From Paludibacter sp. (GTDB taxonomy: Bacteria > Bacteroidota > Bacteroidia > Bacteroidales > Paludibacteraceae): 64,000 bases of DNA. The translations under genes and the position numbers were made by a program. This document shows, one piece after another, positions 29,401 through 37,979 of this stretch. Positions within the stretch are counted from its first letter, which is position 1, and each line of letters begins with the position of its first letter. The stretch is from positions 6,868 through 70,867 of the forward strand of contig JAYFPP010000215.1 in assembly GCA_034927635.1 (NCBI GenBank), given 5' to 3'. The notes beneath the pieces were generated by a model. It ran no database searches, was not told the origin of the DNA, and saw only the letters and a program-made list of their open reading frames with translations.

Positions 29401-30378
29401 CACCCATATTCCCCCTTCTCTGTCACGGAACAAACTATAAACATTCTGATCGCCCAGACTGTATTTGTCGTAGGGGATATCAATGCGAGTTGCCTTTTTT
29501 GTAATGTTGTTGAAGAGATAAAGTCCATCATCGGCCCCTACCAACAGATTTTCTTTGTCGTACTGCAGGAAAGCGTGAATGTGTGTGATGTAGTGGGCTT
29601 TATCTTGCCGGCCACAATAAGGGATGGCTCCTTTTTGTTGTTTGTTGTAGAACAGAATGCCGTCGGACCAGGTGCCGAGCCACAGATATCCTTTTTCATC
29701 TTCGAAGATGGTGAGGATTTCCATGTTTGAATTATTACCGAAGTCGATAACTCCCTCCACAGCTTCTAATAATTTCTTATTCGGATTGTACTGGAACAAA
29801 CCCGAGCGGGAGCCTACCCATATGCCTCCGGATTTATCCTCGAAGACCGTCCATACGGTTGTTTTTGTCAGATCGTATTCCAGAGAACGCACCCTGCTGA
29901 GTATTGCTTTCTGAGGATCGTAAACATAAACCCCTTCTTTCCGGGTAGCGATCCAGAGCATTCCGTTCCTGTCGAAAATCAATGCCGATACCGAAGTAAT
30001 GACTTTATCCACCACATTCAGTATGGTTTCAAGTTTTGTGAAACTACCGTCATTCTGATTCATAATGTAAAGGCCATCGTCGGTACCTATATAAAATGTA
30101 TTGTTTTCTCCCTCGATGAATGATTGGATATAGTTGTTGCCGATGGATTTTTTATTTCCTTCGGTGTGCCGGTAAATAGTAAAATTCATTCCGTCGAATT
30201 TATTCAGACCGTCCTTGGTACCCAACCATAAAAAACCTTTGGTGTCCTGCATGATGCAGTTTACCGTGTTTTCTGACAGTCCGTCGTTAACCTGGTATTT
30301 CCTGAACTGAAACTGAGAATGTATATTGACAGGAATGAGAAGGACTAAAATGATAATAATGAGTTGTGATTTTTTCAT
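26389..30378 (-). CDS. Hybrid two-component system (Reg_prop repeats, Y_Y_Y, HisKA, HATPase, receiver, AraC HTH)
   Basis: FTNIAHEIRTP, DNGKGI, GTGIGL, DVMMP, AraC INEVAYEVGFSSASYFTRCF. The ORF opens at 30390; MKKSQ at 30378 is the more likely start. Confidence 0.96.
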   Translation of the reverse strand: MKKSQLIIIILVLLIPVNIHSQFQFRKYQVNDGLSENTVNCIMQDTKGFLWLGTKDGLNKFDGMNFTIYRHTEGNKKSIGNNYIQSFIEGENNTFYIGTDDGLYIMNQNDGSFTKLETILNVVDKVITSVSALIFDRNGMLWIATRKEGVYVYDPQKAILSRVRSLEYDLTKTTVWTVFEDKSGGIWVGSRSGLFQYNPNKKLLEAVEGVIDFGNNSNMEILTIFEDEKGYLWLGTWSDGILFYNKQQKGAIPYCGRQDKAHYITHIHAFLQYDKENLLVGADDGLYLFNNITKKATRIDIPYDKYSLGDQNVYSLFRDREGGIWVGTYFGGLNYLNKSALSIDNYLPNNKAGSLSGKAVSQFCEDEKGNLWVATEDGGLNYFDTKTGRFSQPVKTSYHNIHPLMLVGNELWIGTFSRGLDVYNTKTKRLRNYRNHFADNNTLDDDCVFSLYRTKSGDIYVGTTEGLNKYNPVSDNFTRIISDSIAFIYDIKEDSYHNLWLAMYGNNGVAKLNLKTNKWTYYSNILDENDPMVNSKLTGIHIDNQKRLWFSSEGRGIFLYNYETDSFLNISEKDGLPNNVVYGILDDQFGNMWVSSNKGLASFPPFDVKAQKQYTQGDGMQSNEFNYKSSFKASNGKIYFGGINGFNSFYPQELITNINEVVPPIEITGLRLLGDNDKETEENIMHRINKKESVRLKYNNSSFTISFISLSFIAPTKNQYAYKLEGVDEDWIHIGNNRSVTYVNLAPGKYTFRVKASNNHNIWNENGAELRFEILPPFWFSLPAKILYFIDVLLLIYLLFRNYTKKHQIRQQKQLEAYKTEQETLSFKSKIEFFTNIAHEIRTPVSLIKAPLEEIISSGDGNAETKQNLSIIDKNSERLNVLINQLLDFRKMDSAEYTLNPFKFDLTKHLNELYDRFRKTAQKQNIDFQIIVTQQKTEIIFDPDALTKIVGNFLTNALKYGKDKIVMELVHNADGSFTISVSDNGKGIPDALKAKIFDPFYQIRSHENTKGTGIGLSLAKHLSEILGGNIRITDNPTGGSVFSFTFNELTENQSTRSYQEEEANNLADAPIFKPEEKTHILVVEDNPEMLHFIENSLKTDYNVNTAGDASQAMSMIDENSYDLIITDVMMPDTDGIEFTRQLHDNIAYSHIPVILLSAKTDNITKIEGLNAGADVFIEKPFSTAFLKAQIARLLANRKAILDSFNHSPLTPYSILTSNKSDMGFINRLNDEIDKNISDSDFSIESLTDKLYISRSNLQRKLKSICGYTPGDYLRTYRLKKATQLLIEDGLRINEVAYEVGFSSASYFTRCFVKQFGMLPKDFVKQHSAQ

Positions 30379-30405
30379 GACGGTTAACAAATAAAATTTG
30401 TATTA

Positions 30406-30413
30406 CAAAAATA
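30406..30413 (-). promoter_or_regulatory. -7 promoter element for the HTCS
   Basis: TATTTTTG on the minus strand upstream of the HTCS start. Confidence 0.5.
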
Positions 30414-30560
30414 GAATACTTTTCCCGGTTTTGAAATTGTGTTGTTGTGATTTATGTTATTTTCCGGTCATAAAGTAGTAATTGATGGTCAGGCGCTCAT
30501 TTTGTTCAGAAAGTAACATTTTTTGGCCTGTATTTCTTATTTTTCTGACTTAGCTTGTAT

Positions 30561-30568
30561 TACTTTTG
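30561..30568 (+). promoter_or_regulatory. -7 promoter element for galM and the PUL
   Basis: TACTTTTG 18 nt upstream of the galM ORF. Confidence 0.55.
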
Positions 30569-30586
30569 ACTCGCTGAACAAGCAAA

Positions 30587-31759
30587 ATGTTAATCTTATA
30601 TTCAATGAAAGCGTCACATCTCCATCTGAAAAGCTACCTTATTGTAATACTTGCCGGTATTAGTATGTTGTCGTGCAGGGAACCAAAGCTGAAAGGAGTT
30701 ACCATGCTTGATGCTGAAAAGTTCACCACACTGGTCGACAAGAAAAATGTATCGTTGTATACATTAGAGTCGGGCAATGGAATTTATATGCAGGTGACCA
30801 ATTATGGTGCAAGGGTGGTTACATTGTGGACTCCCGACAGAAACGGCAATTACGAAGATATAGTCCTTGGATACGAAACGATCGACCGTTATATAAATAA
30901 TAAAGGAGAACGTTTTCTGGGTCCCGTGGTTGGTCGCTATGCTAACCGTATTGCCGGTGGGCGGTTTGTGTTGGATGGTAAAACCTGTCAACTTCCGCTG
31001 AATGACCACGGACAATCATTGCATGGCGGTATAAAGGGACTGGACAGGGTTGTTTGGGATGTGGATATGATAAGCAAAAACGAGATCGTCTTTTCCTGCA
31101 TTTCACCCGATGGAGAAGAAGGTTACCCCGGGACCTTAAGAGTAAAGATGTCGTACCTGCTGACCCCCGACAACGAGTTTAAAATAAATTATAGCGCTAC
31201 TACCGACCAACCAACTGTCATCAACCTGTCGCATCACGGGATTTTCAATCTTAAAGGCGAAGGCAACGGTACCATTACTGATCATATTCTTACCATTAAT
31301 GCTGATTATATCACTCCGGTGAATGAGAAACTCATCCCTACCGGTGAATTTATGGAAGTAGGAAATACTCCTTTTGATTTCAGAACACCCACAGCTATCG
31401 GCGATCGCATCAATCAGGAAAATATTCAGTTGAAAAATGGCGCCGGTTATGATCATAACTGGGTGATAAGCAAAACCAATACATCAGAAATTAAACAGGT
31501 GGCAACACTCTACGAACCCAATAGCGGCAGATTGATGGAAGTGTGGTCGGATCAGCCCGGACTTCAGTTCTACAGTGGTAACTTTTTTGATGGAAAAGTG
31601 ATGGGGAAATATGGTAAAACGCTGAATTATCGTGAAGGACTGGCATTGGAAACCCAGAAGTTTCCCGATAGTCCGAATCAGCCGGGTTTTCCGTCGGCCA
31701 GACTTAATCCGGAGGAGACCTATCAGCAAACATGTATTTATAAATTTACAGTAAAATAA
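30587..31759 (+). CDS. galM: Aldose 1-epimerase (mutarotase)
   Basis: GRYANRI, LHGG, EGYPG, NLSHH, GYDHNW, QPGLQFYSGNF, ALETQKFPDSPN. Confidence 0.95.
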   Translation: MLILYSMKASHLHLKSYLIVILAGISMLSCREPKLKGVTMLDAEKFTTLVDKKNVSLYTLESGNGIYMQVTNYGARVVTLWTPDRNGNYEDIVLGYETIDRYINNKGERFLGPVVGRYANRIAGGRFVLDGKTCQLPLNDHGQSLHGGIKGLDRVVWDVDMISKNEIVFSCISPDGEEGYPGTLRVKMSYLLTPDNEFKINYSATTDQPTVINLSHHGIFNLKGEGNGTITDHILTINADYITPVNEKLIPTGEFMEVGNTPFDFRTPTAIGDRINQENIQLKNGAGYDHNWVISKTNTSEIKQVATLYEPNSGRLMEVWSDQPGLQFYSGNFFDGKVMGKYGKTLNYREGLALETQKFPDSPNQPGFPSARLNPEETYQQTCIYKFTVK

Positions 31760-31763
31760 TATT

Positions 31764-31916
31764 TAACCACAAAAGGAAAATTAAAAATTAAAAATTAAGA
31801 ATTAAAAGGGAGGCACTTATCACTCATCACTTTTCGTTATTCGCTATTAACTCTTTTGTGATCCCTTAGTCTTTCTTTTCCCGATAAACCGGGACAAGTG
31901 GTGCCTTTTGTGGTTA
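31764..31916. repeat. Miniature repeat element with 13-bp terminal inverted repeats and internal heptamer repeats
   Basis: TAACCACAAAAGG (31764-31776) and CCTTTTGTGGTTA (31904-31916); inside are four near-copies of AATTAAA and a CACTTAT/CACTCAT/CACTTTT run. Confidence 0.7.
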
Positions 31917-31949
31917 GATACGAATGTCATATAAGTTTATAATTTTTTA

Positions 31950-34900
31950 ATGTTAATCTTAGATAAAAGTATGATTAAAAAAACGATTCATGAATTAAGA
32001 CCCGTGAAATCAATGGCTGATTTTATCAGCATTCGACCGGGTTACATCCTCCTGTGTTTACTTTTTTTCGTCGGATTATTTTCTCCACAGGAAGTATGGG
32101 GACAGCAGGGCAGGACAATACAAGTCACCGGAACGGTTGCCGATAATACCGGAACTCCGCTCGTAGGAGTAAATATAAGGGAAAAAGGGACAACGCTCGG
32201 AACAGTGAGCGACTTAAATGGTAATTTCTCTGTATCGGTTCCTGAAAATTCAACACTGGTATTTACTTATGTGGGATACAAAGCCCTTGAAAGGAAAGCG
32301 GCATCCAGATTAAACGTAACACTGGAAGAAGATGTGAATATGCTGGAAGAAGTGGTAGCAGTAGCCTATGGTACCCAGAGGAAGAAGGAGATTACCGGAG
32401 CCATTTCGGTAGTGGATACCAAACAAATAGAGAAAATGACCCTGCCCGGAATAGGTCAGGCTTTACAGGGACTGGCTACGGGTGTGCATGTTACCACTTC
32501 GGGTGTTCCGGGTTCTACTGCTGATATTGTGGTGCGTGGAATTGGTAGCTTCAATAGTGTATCGCCTCTGTATGTGATTGATGGAATGATCCTTGAAAGT
32601 TCACAGCGTGAATTCAATATGAACGATGTTGAAAGCGTTCAGGTGTTGAAAGATGCTTCAGCAACGGCTCTTTATGGAGCCCGCGGCGCAAATGGTGTTA
32701 TACTTATTACTACCAAAAAAGGAAAAGACGGCGAACCGCAAATCAGACTCAATGCTACTTACGGCATTTCGCAATTGGCAAATCGTTACGAAATGATGAA
32801 TGCAGTTGATTTTTTACGTTTAAACCGTATTGCTTATCAAAATGCAGATCGCGAGTGGCCGGGCGAACCGGCACAGGGACAACTGCTTACCAACACCGAC
32901 TGGCAGGACGCTTTCTACAAAACAGGCATTACAAAAGACATTAACCTTAATGTGTCGGGCGGAAACAAGCAGGGTAACTATATGTTCTCTTTGGATTATT
33001 ACAATGAAGACGGCGTGGTAGTAGGCCCGTATCACAATCGTATAACTGCCCGCAGCAATGCAGAGGCGCGAAAAGGTATTTTCACTGTTGGCGAAAACCT
33101 CATGGTCGGATATTCCAATACGCGAACATTGAACGGCTCTCCGTTTATCGACCTTGCCCGCATGCCGCCTGTGATTCCCGTATATGCTAATGAAGAGCAT
33201 ACAGAATATGGCTTTGGGTCAACAGCTTATCCTACTTATGGCACAAATCCGATTGGAGCGCAGGAATCGCAAATAACCAATCAGTACAATCTTCGCGTAA
33301 TTGGAAATGCTTTCTTGCAGATTGAACCCATCAAAGGATTACAATTGAAGTCGAATCTGGGAATAGAATATCTCAACTGGTTCGACAAATATACCAGCGA
33401 AGAAAAGCAACTTCGTTATCTTTCGTTGAGCGATTACGAAACCGTTTTGACTGAAGGAAACGGGTCTATGGAATCGTGGTTGTGGGAAAATACGGCATTT
33501 TATCAAAAAACCATCGGACAGCACAATTTCGATGTATTGGCAGGTTACACCGCACAAATGCGAAACAGACGGGGTAATACGGCAAGAGGATACAATATTC
33601 TGGAGCCGGGTTATTGGGTGCTTGATCAGGCGTCACCCGACGATGGTACGCTTCCCAGGGCTGTTTCAGGGAGTAATTCGGCAGTGGCTATGACTTCTGT
33701 TTTGGGTCGTATCAATTATAATTATGCCGACCGTTATATCTTCCAGTTCAATATCCGCAGAGATGGATCTTCACTTTTCGGACAGGATTATCGCTACGGT
33801 ACTTTCCCCGGCGTTTCGCTTGGTTGGCGAATGAGTGAGGAAAACTTTTTGAAACCCGTTTCGTGGCTGGATGATTTGAAATTGCGTTTGAGTTATGGAA
33901 AATCGGGAAATCAGGCGGCAATTCCCGCCTATCAGTTTGCAACCTATATCGACGGTGGCGATAGGGGAATTGTGCTGGGTACTGATGAAGTATTTTATCC
34001 GGGTAAAATTCAAACCGGTCTGGCAAATTCCGATTTGCGCTGGGAAACCCGTGCTACCTATAATGCCGGTTTTGAATTTACAGTATTGAATAATCGTCTT
34101 TACGGCTCTGTGGATTTGTTTTATGCAAATTTGTCGGATTTGTTGATTACAAAAGATATTTCGTGGATGCAGGGCGTGGATATAAATCCATGGATAAATT
34201 ATGGAAAAATAGATAACAAAGGCTTTGAGTTGCAACTCGGATGGCGCGAAACAAAAAAAGATTTCAAATACGATGTAAGCCTGAATCTGACACGCACAGT
34301 GAATAAACTCCTGGAATTGAACGGTAACGACAACTATTATTTTGCAGGAATCGGTTCGTCATCTTATTCCGAACTTGGCAGATCGCTGGGCAATTTCTAT
34401 GTGCTGAAGACAGACGGGATTTTCCAGAATTGGGATGAAGTGAATGCTCATTCCTGGATTGACCCGGAAACAGGCGTATCACAACTTATTCAGCCCGACG
34501 CACAGCCAGGTGATATCCGGTATGCTGACCTGAACGATGATGGCGAAATTTCTTACGATAACCTCAGTGATGACAAATATTTTGTAGGCTCACCTTTCCC
34601 TGCTTTTGAGGCCGGATTAAATTTCAATTTTGAATACAAGGGTTTCGATATGAACCTGTTTTTCTTTGGTGTGTATGGTAATTACATCTACAATAATACT
34701 AAGTTCTGGCTCGAAAGAATGGACGAAACCGGCAATGCGCCGAAGGGTTTGAATTACTGGCATGGTGAGGGAACTTCCAATACGGTACCCCGGCCGCTTA
34801 TGGAATCGAGTCATAATACTGCCGGAGCATCCGACCGTTGGATTGAGCGGGGCGATTATCTGCGTTTGAAGAATCTGCAAATCGGTTACAGTTTGCCTGC

Positions 34901-35093
34901 TAAATTGCTGAAAAAAACACAGGTTATTGAAAAAATGCGTATGTATGCAGGGGCACAAAACCTGTTCACGCTCACGGGATATTCCGGTCTCGACCCTGAA
35001 ATTTCTGGTGGCAGCATCTATGCAAAAGGCTATGACGACGGGCATTTTCCGCCAGTGCAAACTATCACTATAGGATTACAGGTAGGATTTTAA
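31950..35093 (+). CDS. susC: SusC-like TonB-dependent transporter
   Basis: CarboxypepD-like N-terminus, LEEVVAVAYG, PLYVIDG, LKDASATALYGARGANGVILITTKKG, LRWET, ends IGLQVGF. Confidence 0.97.
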   Translation: MLILDKSMIKKTIHELRPVKSMADFISIRPGYILLCLLFFVGLFSPQEVWGQQGRTIQVTGTVADNTGTPLVGVNIREKGTTLGTVSDLNGNFSVSVPENSTLVFTYVGYKALERKAASRLNVTLEEDVNMLEEVVAVAYGTQRKKEITGAISVVDTKQIEKMTLPGIGQALQGLATGVHVTTSGVPGSTADIVVRGIGSFNSVSPLYVIDGMILESSQREFNMNDVESVQVLKDASATALYGARGANGVILITTKKGKDGEPQIRLNATYGISQLANRYEMMNAVDFLRLNRIAYQNADREWPGEPAQGQLLTNTDWQDAFYKTGITKDINLNVSGGNKQGNYMFSLDYYNEDGVVVGPYHNRITARSNAEARKGIFTVGENLMVGYSNTRTLNGSPFIDLARMPPVIPVYANEEHTEYGFGSTAYPTYGTNPIGAQESQITNQYNLRVIGNAFLQIEPIKGLQLKSNLGIEYLNWFDKYTSEEKQLRYLSLSDYETVLTEGNGSMESWLWENTAFYQKTIGQHNFDVLAGYTAQMRNRRGNTARGYNILEPGYWVLDQASPDDGTLPRAVSGSNSAVAMTSVLGRINYNYADRYIFQFNIRRDGSSLFGQDYRYGTFPGVSLGWRMSEENFLKPVSWLDDLKLRLSYGKSGNQAAIPAYQFATYIDGGDRGIVLGTDEVFYPGKIQTGLANSDLRWETRATYNAGFEFTVLNNRLYGSVDLFYANLSDLLITKDISWMQGVDINPWINYGKIDNKGFELQLGWRETKKDFKYDVSLNLTRTVNKLLELNGNDNYYFAGIGSSSYSELGRSLGNFYVLKTDGIFQNWDEVNAHSWIDPETGVSQLIQPDAQPGDIRYADLNDDGEISYDNLSDDKYFVGSPFPAFEAGLNFNFEYKGFDMNLFFFGVYGNYIYNNTKFWLERMDETGNAPKGLNYWHGEGTSNTVPRPLMESSHNTAGASDRWIERGDYLRLKNLQIGYSLPAKLLKKTQVIEKMRMYAGAQNLFTLTGYSGLDPEISGGSIYAKGYDDGHFPPVQTITIGLQVGF

Positions 35094-35113
35094 TTAATTA
35101 AAAATAAAAAGAT

Positions 35114-36673
35114 ATGACACTGAAAATAAAAAATCTTGTTTATCTGTTTATCACGTTGATCGTGGTTCAGACCATGATCTCCTGTGAAGATATTCTTGAT
35201 CAGCGGAATCCGAATAAACTGGATACCACCAACTTTTGGCGTGATGCCGATGACCTTAATGACGGCCTGAATGCTGTTTATCGCTCGTTGCGTTTTAACG
35301 GTACATACCGCCTTTGGCTGAATATTCTGTATACTGGACGTTCCGACGAGGGCTATAGCGAATCGCCTGCTGCAGCAATGAAATCATATCACACTTTTCT
35401 GATTTCCAGATACACAGAAGAAGCAGTGATTTTCCCATGGCTTGATTCTTACAAGGGTGTGTTTTGGGCAAACCAGGTGTTGGACAATGCGCCGCGCATA
35501 GATATGGATGCTGCTGAGCGTGATCTGATTATCGGTCAGGCAGCTTTCATTCGCGGTGTAAATTTCTTCAATATCGCGGCGGTGTATGGTCGCGGCGGCA
35601 TTCCGCTTTCAGCCGAAGCATCGGTACAGCTGTCAATTCATGAGCAGGCCGACATTTACAAACAGGCACAAAAGGACTTTGAAAACGCGGCCAAACTGCT
35701 GCCGGTAGAATGGGATGTTGCTGATTTGGGACGTTACACAAAAGGTTCTGCTTTGGCAATGGATGTAAAAGTGTCGGCGCAGCTGCACGAATGGGACAGG
35801 GTAAAAACCAAATGCGAAGATATTTTTGCGTTGGGAATTTATGATTTGGTTCCTGTTTATGGCGACAATTTTACGGAAACCAACGAACATAACAGTGAAT
35901 CGCTGTTTGAAATAACACAGTCGGCCAATTCCGCTCTGCAATTAAACTCTCAACGCGCCCATTTTCTTGGCTTGCCTTGCGACTATGGAGCATGGGCCGA
36001 TTCTTTTGCCCGCAATGTGGTCAAAACAGATCTGGAAAAAGAAAAAGCCACTGATGGTAAAACTGATCCGCGTTTGAAATCTACGCTATATTATTACAGC
36101 GCCGAAACGGCAAGTGAAATATATTATACAAAAACATGGGATCAGTGGGCGCTGGATCGTTCAAAAGTGTTTTGGAAAAAATTTACAGGTTGGGGAGTTA
36201 CAGCGCCTACAGGAAAGGACCTGAATGGTATCAATACCCGTGTGGTACGTTTGGCCGATATTTATCTGATGTATGCCGAAGCATTAAACGAACTCACGCC
36301 CGGCGATGAAAAGATTGTTGAGTATATAAACAAAGTGCGTGCACGTGTTGGTATTCCCAATCTCGAAAATTCAACCGTTTTCACCGGATTCACTAAAAGT
36401 GGCAATTCGCAGGCATCCATCCGTCTGCAACTGATGCATGAACGTAGCACCGAACTAGCCGGAGAGAACTGGCGTTGGTTTGATTTGGAACGTTGGGGTT
36501 GCTTTGATCGGGTTGATGATGATCTTGCCAACGGCAAACGTGGTTTGGCATGGTTAAAGAGCCGTGATGCTGAGTTTAATAACTTTGTTATCGGTAAAAA
36601 CAACCGTTTTCCTATCCCGTCCCGCGATGATGTGCTGGTCGATGGACTTGAACAAAATCCGGGATACAACTAA
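35114..36673 (+). CDS. susD: SusD/RagB lipoprotein
   Basis: Lipobox MISC; VRLADIYLMYAEALNE, ERSTELAGENWRWFDL; ends QNPGYN. Confidence 0.95.
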   Translation: MTLKIKNLVYLFITLIVVQTMISCEDILDQRNPNKLDTTNFWRDADDLNDGLNAVYRSLRFNGTYRLWLNILYTGRSDEGYSESPAAAMKSYHTFLISRYTEEAVIFPWLDSYKGVFWANQVLDNAPRIDMDAAERDLIIGQAAFIRGVNFFNIAAVYGRGGIPLSAEASVQLSIHEQADIYKQAQKDFENAAKLLPVEWDVADLGRYTKGSALAMDVKVSAQLHEWDRVKTKCEDIFALGIYDLVPVYGDNFTETNEHNSESLFEITQSANSALQLNSQRAHFLGLPCDYGAWADSFARNVVKTDLEKEKATDGKTDPRLKSTLYYYSAETASEIYYTKTWDQWALDRSKVFWKKFTGWGVTAPTGKDLNGINTRVVRLADIYLMYAEALNELTPGDEKIVEYINKVRARVGIPNLENSTVFTGFTKSGNSQASIRLQLMHERSTELAGENWRWFDLERWGCFDRVDDDLANGKRGLAWLKSRDAEFNNFVIGKNNRFPIPSRDDVLVDGLEQNPGYN

Positions 36674-36734
36674 TTAATTGAGAGTGAGAAAAAAAACCGT
36701 CTCTATCATTGGCATATTAACACATTATTTACAT

Positions 36735-37862
36735 ATGAAGAAAATAACTTTAACAGGATTAGTATTTGCAATGTTAGGCACTATTGTGATAGCATGCAAG
36801 GATAAAGAAGAAGAACCGCTGTATTGGACAGACCCGCCGACTTCGGCGGATACACTGTATCAGAATCCGCTATTCGAACCTGATCTGGCAGATCCAAGTT
36901 TTATCAGGGTAACCGATACCGATGGGAACAGGCGTTTTTATGCTTACGGCACGCAAAATACATGGTATTCCGGTGCAGCATCCAGATTAACGCCGATTAT
37001 CACATCAAAAAACCTTACAAAATGGGAAGTGGTAGGAGATGCTTTCACCACTGACTCCAAACCTGCCTGGCATGACGGCGGGCTTTGGGCGCCGCAAATT
37101 GTACAAAACGAAACAGATGGAAAATTCTACCTGTACTACAGCAATTCCAAGTGGGGTGATAGTAATCCGGGCGTCGGCGTGGCAGTGTCGGATTATCCTT
37201 ACGGCCCTTTTGCCGATAAAGGTAAAGTTCTGGATGCGCAATCGAGTGGCGTAGCCAACGCAATCGACCAGTTTTATATTATCGACGGTACGGGGCGGAA
37301 TAAAAAATCGTATTTATTCTGGGGCTCGTTTCAGGGAATTTACGGACAGGAAATTTCATCGGATATGAAAACGCTTACCGGATCGAAATTCCAGATTGCA
37401 GGTCGCGGTTTTGAAGGCTCGTATATTTTTAAACACGGGGATAAATACTGGTATTTCGCTTCTTCAAACTCGTGCTGTGAAGGTCCTGATACCAAATACT
37501 ATTTGTCGGTGGCGAGCGCCAGTAATATTAAAGGTCCGTATTATACAAAAGAAGGCATTGATATCAAAACCATCAATGATTTTCAGGCAGCCCAATCCAC
37601 AAAATTTCTGGTTGGCGATGGCGTACATTGGATTGGTCCCGGGCACAATGCCGAAATTATTGTAGATGATCACGGACGTTACTTTATGCTTTATCACGCT
37701 GTGGCGGTGGAAAAGCCATATATTTTCGGTAATGGTGGTGCAACCCGCCGTCCGCTGATGATGGACGAAGTGCTGTGGGGCGAAGATGGCTGGCCTTACA
37801 TCCAGGGCGGCGTGCCGAGTCATACGCAGAAAACTGCACCATATTTTGAATCACAAAACTAA
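36735..37862 (+). CDS. GH43 lipoprotein (arabinanase/galactofuranosidase-like)
   Basis: Lipobox VIAC; LADPS, LWAP, AIDQF, FEGSY, GPGHN. Start MKKIT at 36735 (ORF opens at 36678). Confidence 0.9.
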   Translation: MKKITLTGLVFAMLGTIVIACKDKEEEPLYWTDPPTSADTLYQNPLFEPDLADPSFIRVTDTDGNRRFYAYGTQNTWYSGAASRLTPIITSKNLTKWEVVGDAFTTDSKPAWHDGGLWAPQIVQNETDGKFYLYYSNSKWGDSNPGVGVAVSDYPYGPFADKGKVLDAQSSGVANAIDQFYIIDGTGRNKKSYLFWGSFQGIYGQEISSDMKTLTGSKFQIAGRGFEGSYIFKHGDKYWYFASSNSCCEGPDTKYYLSVASASNIKGPYYTKEGIDIKTINDFQAAQSTKFLVGDGVHWIGPGHNAEIIVDDHGRYFMLYHAVAVEKPYIFGNGGATRRPLMMDEVLWGEDGWPYIQGGVPSHTQKTAPYFESQN

Positions 37863-37863
37863 A

Positions 37864-37950
37864 TAGTTGAGAGTTGAGAATTAAGAGTTGAAAGTGAATA
37901 ACTTAATAAACTCTTAATTCTCAACTTTCAACTCTCAACTCTCAACTCAA
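37864..37950. repeat. Inverted heptamer repeat array: (GAGTTGA)n followed by (CTCAACT)n
   Basis: gagttga gaattaa gagttga ... ctcaact ttcaact ctcaact ctcaact; forms an imperfect hairpin between co-oriented genes. Confidence 0.8.
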
Positions 37951-37979
37951 TTATTGTTCACTTAAAATTTAATTTTTGT

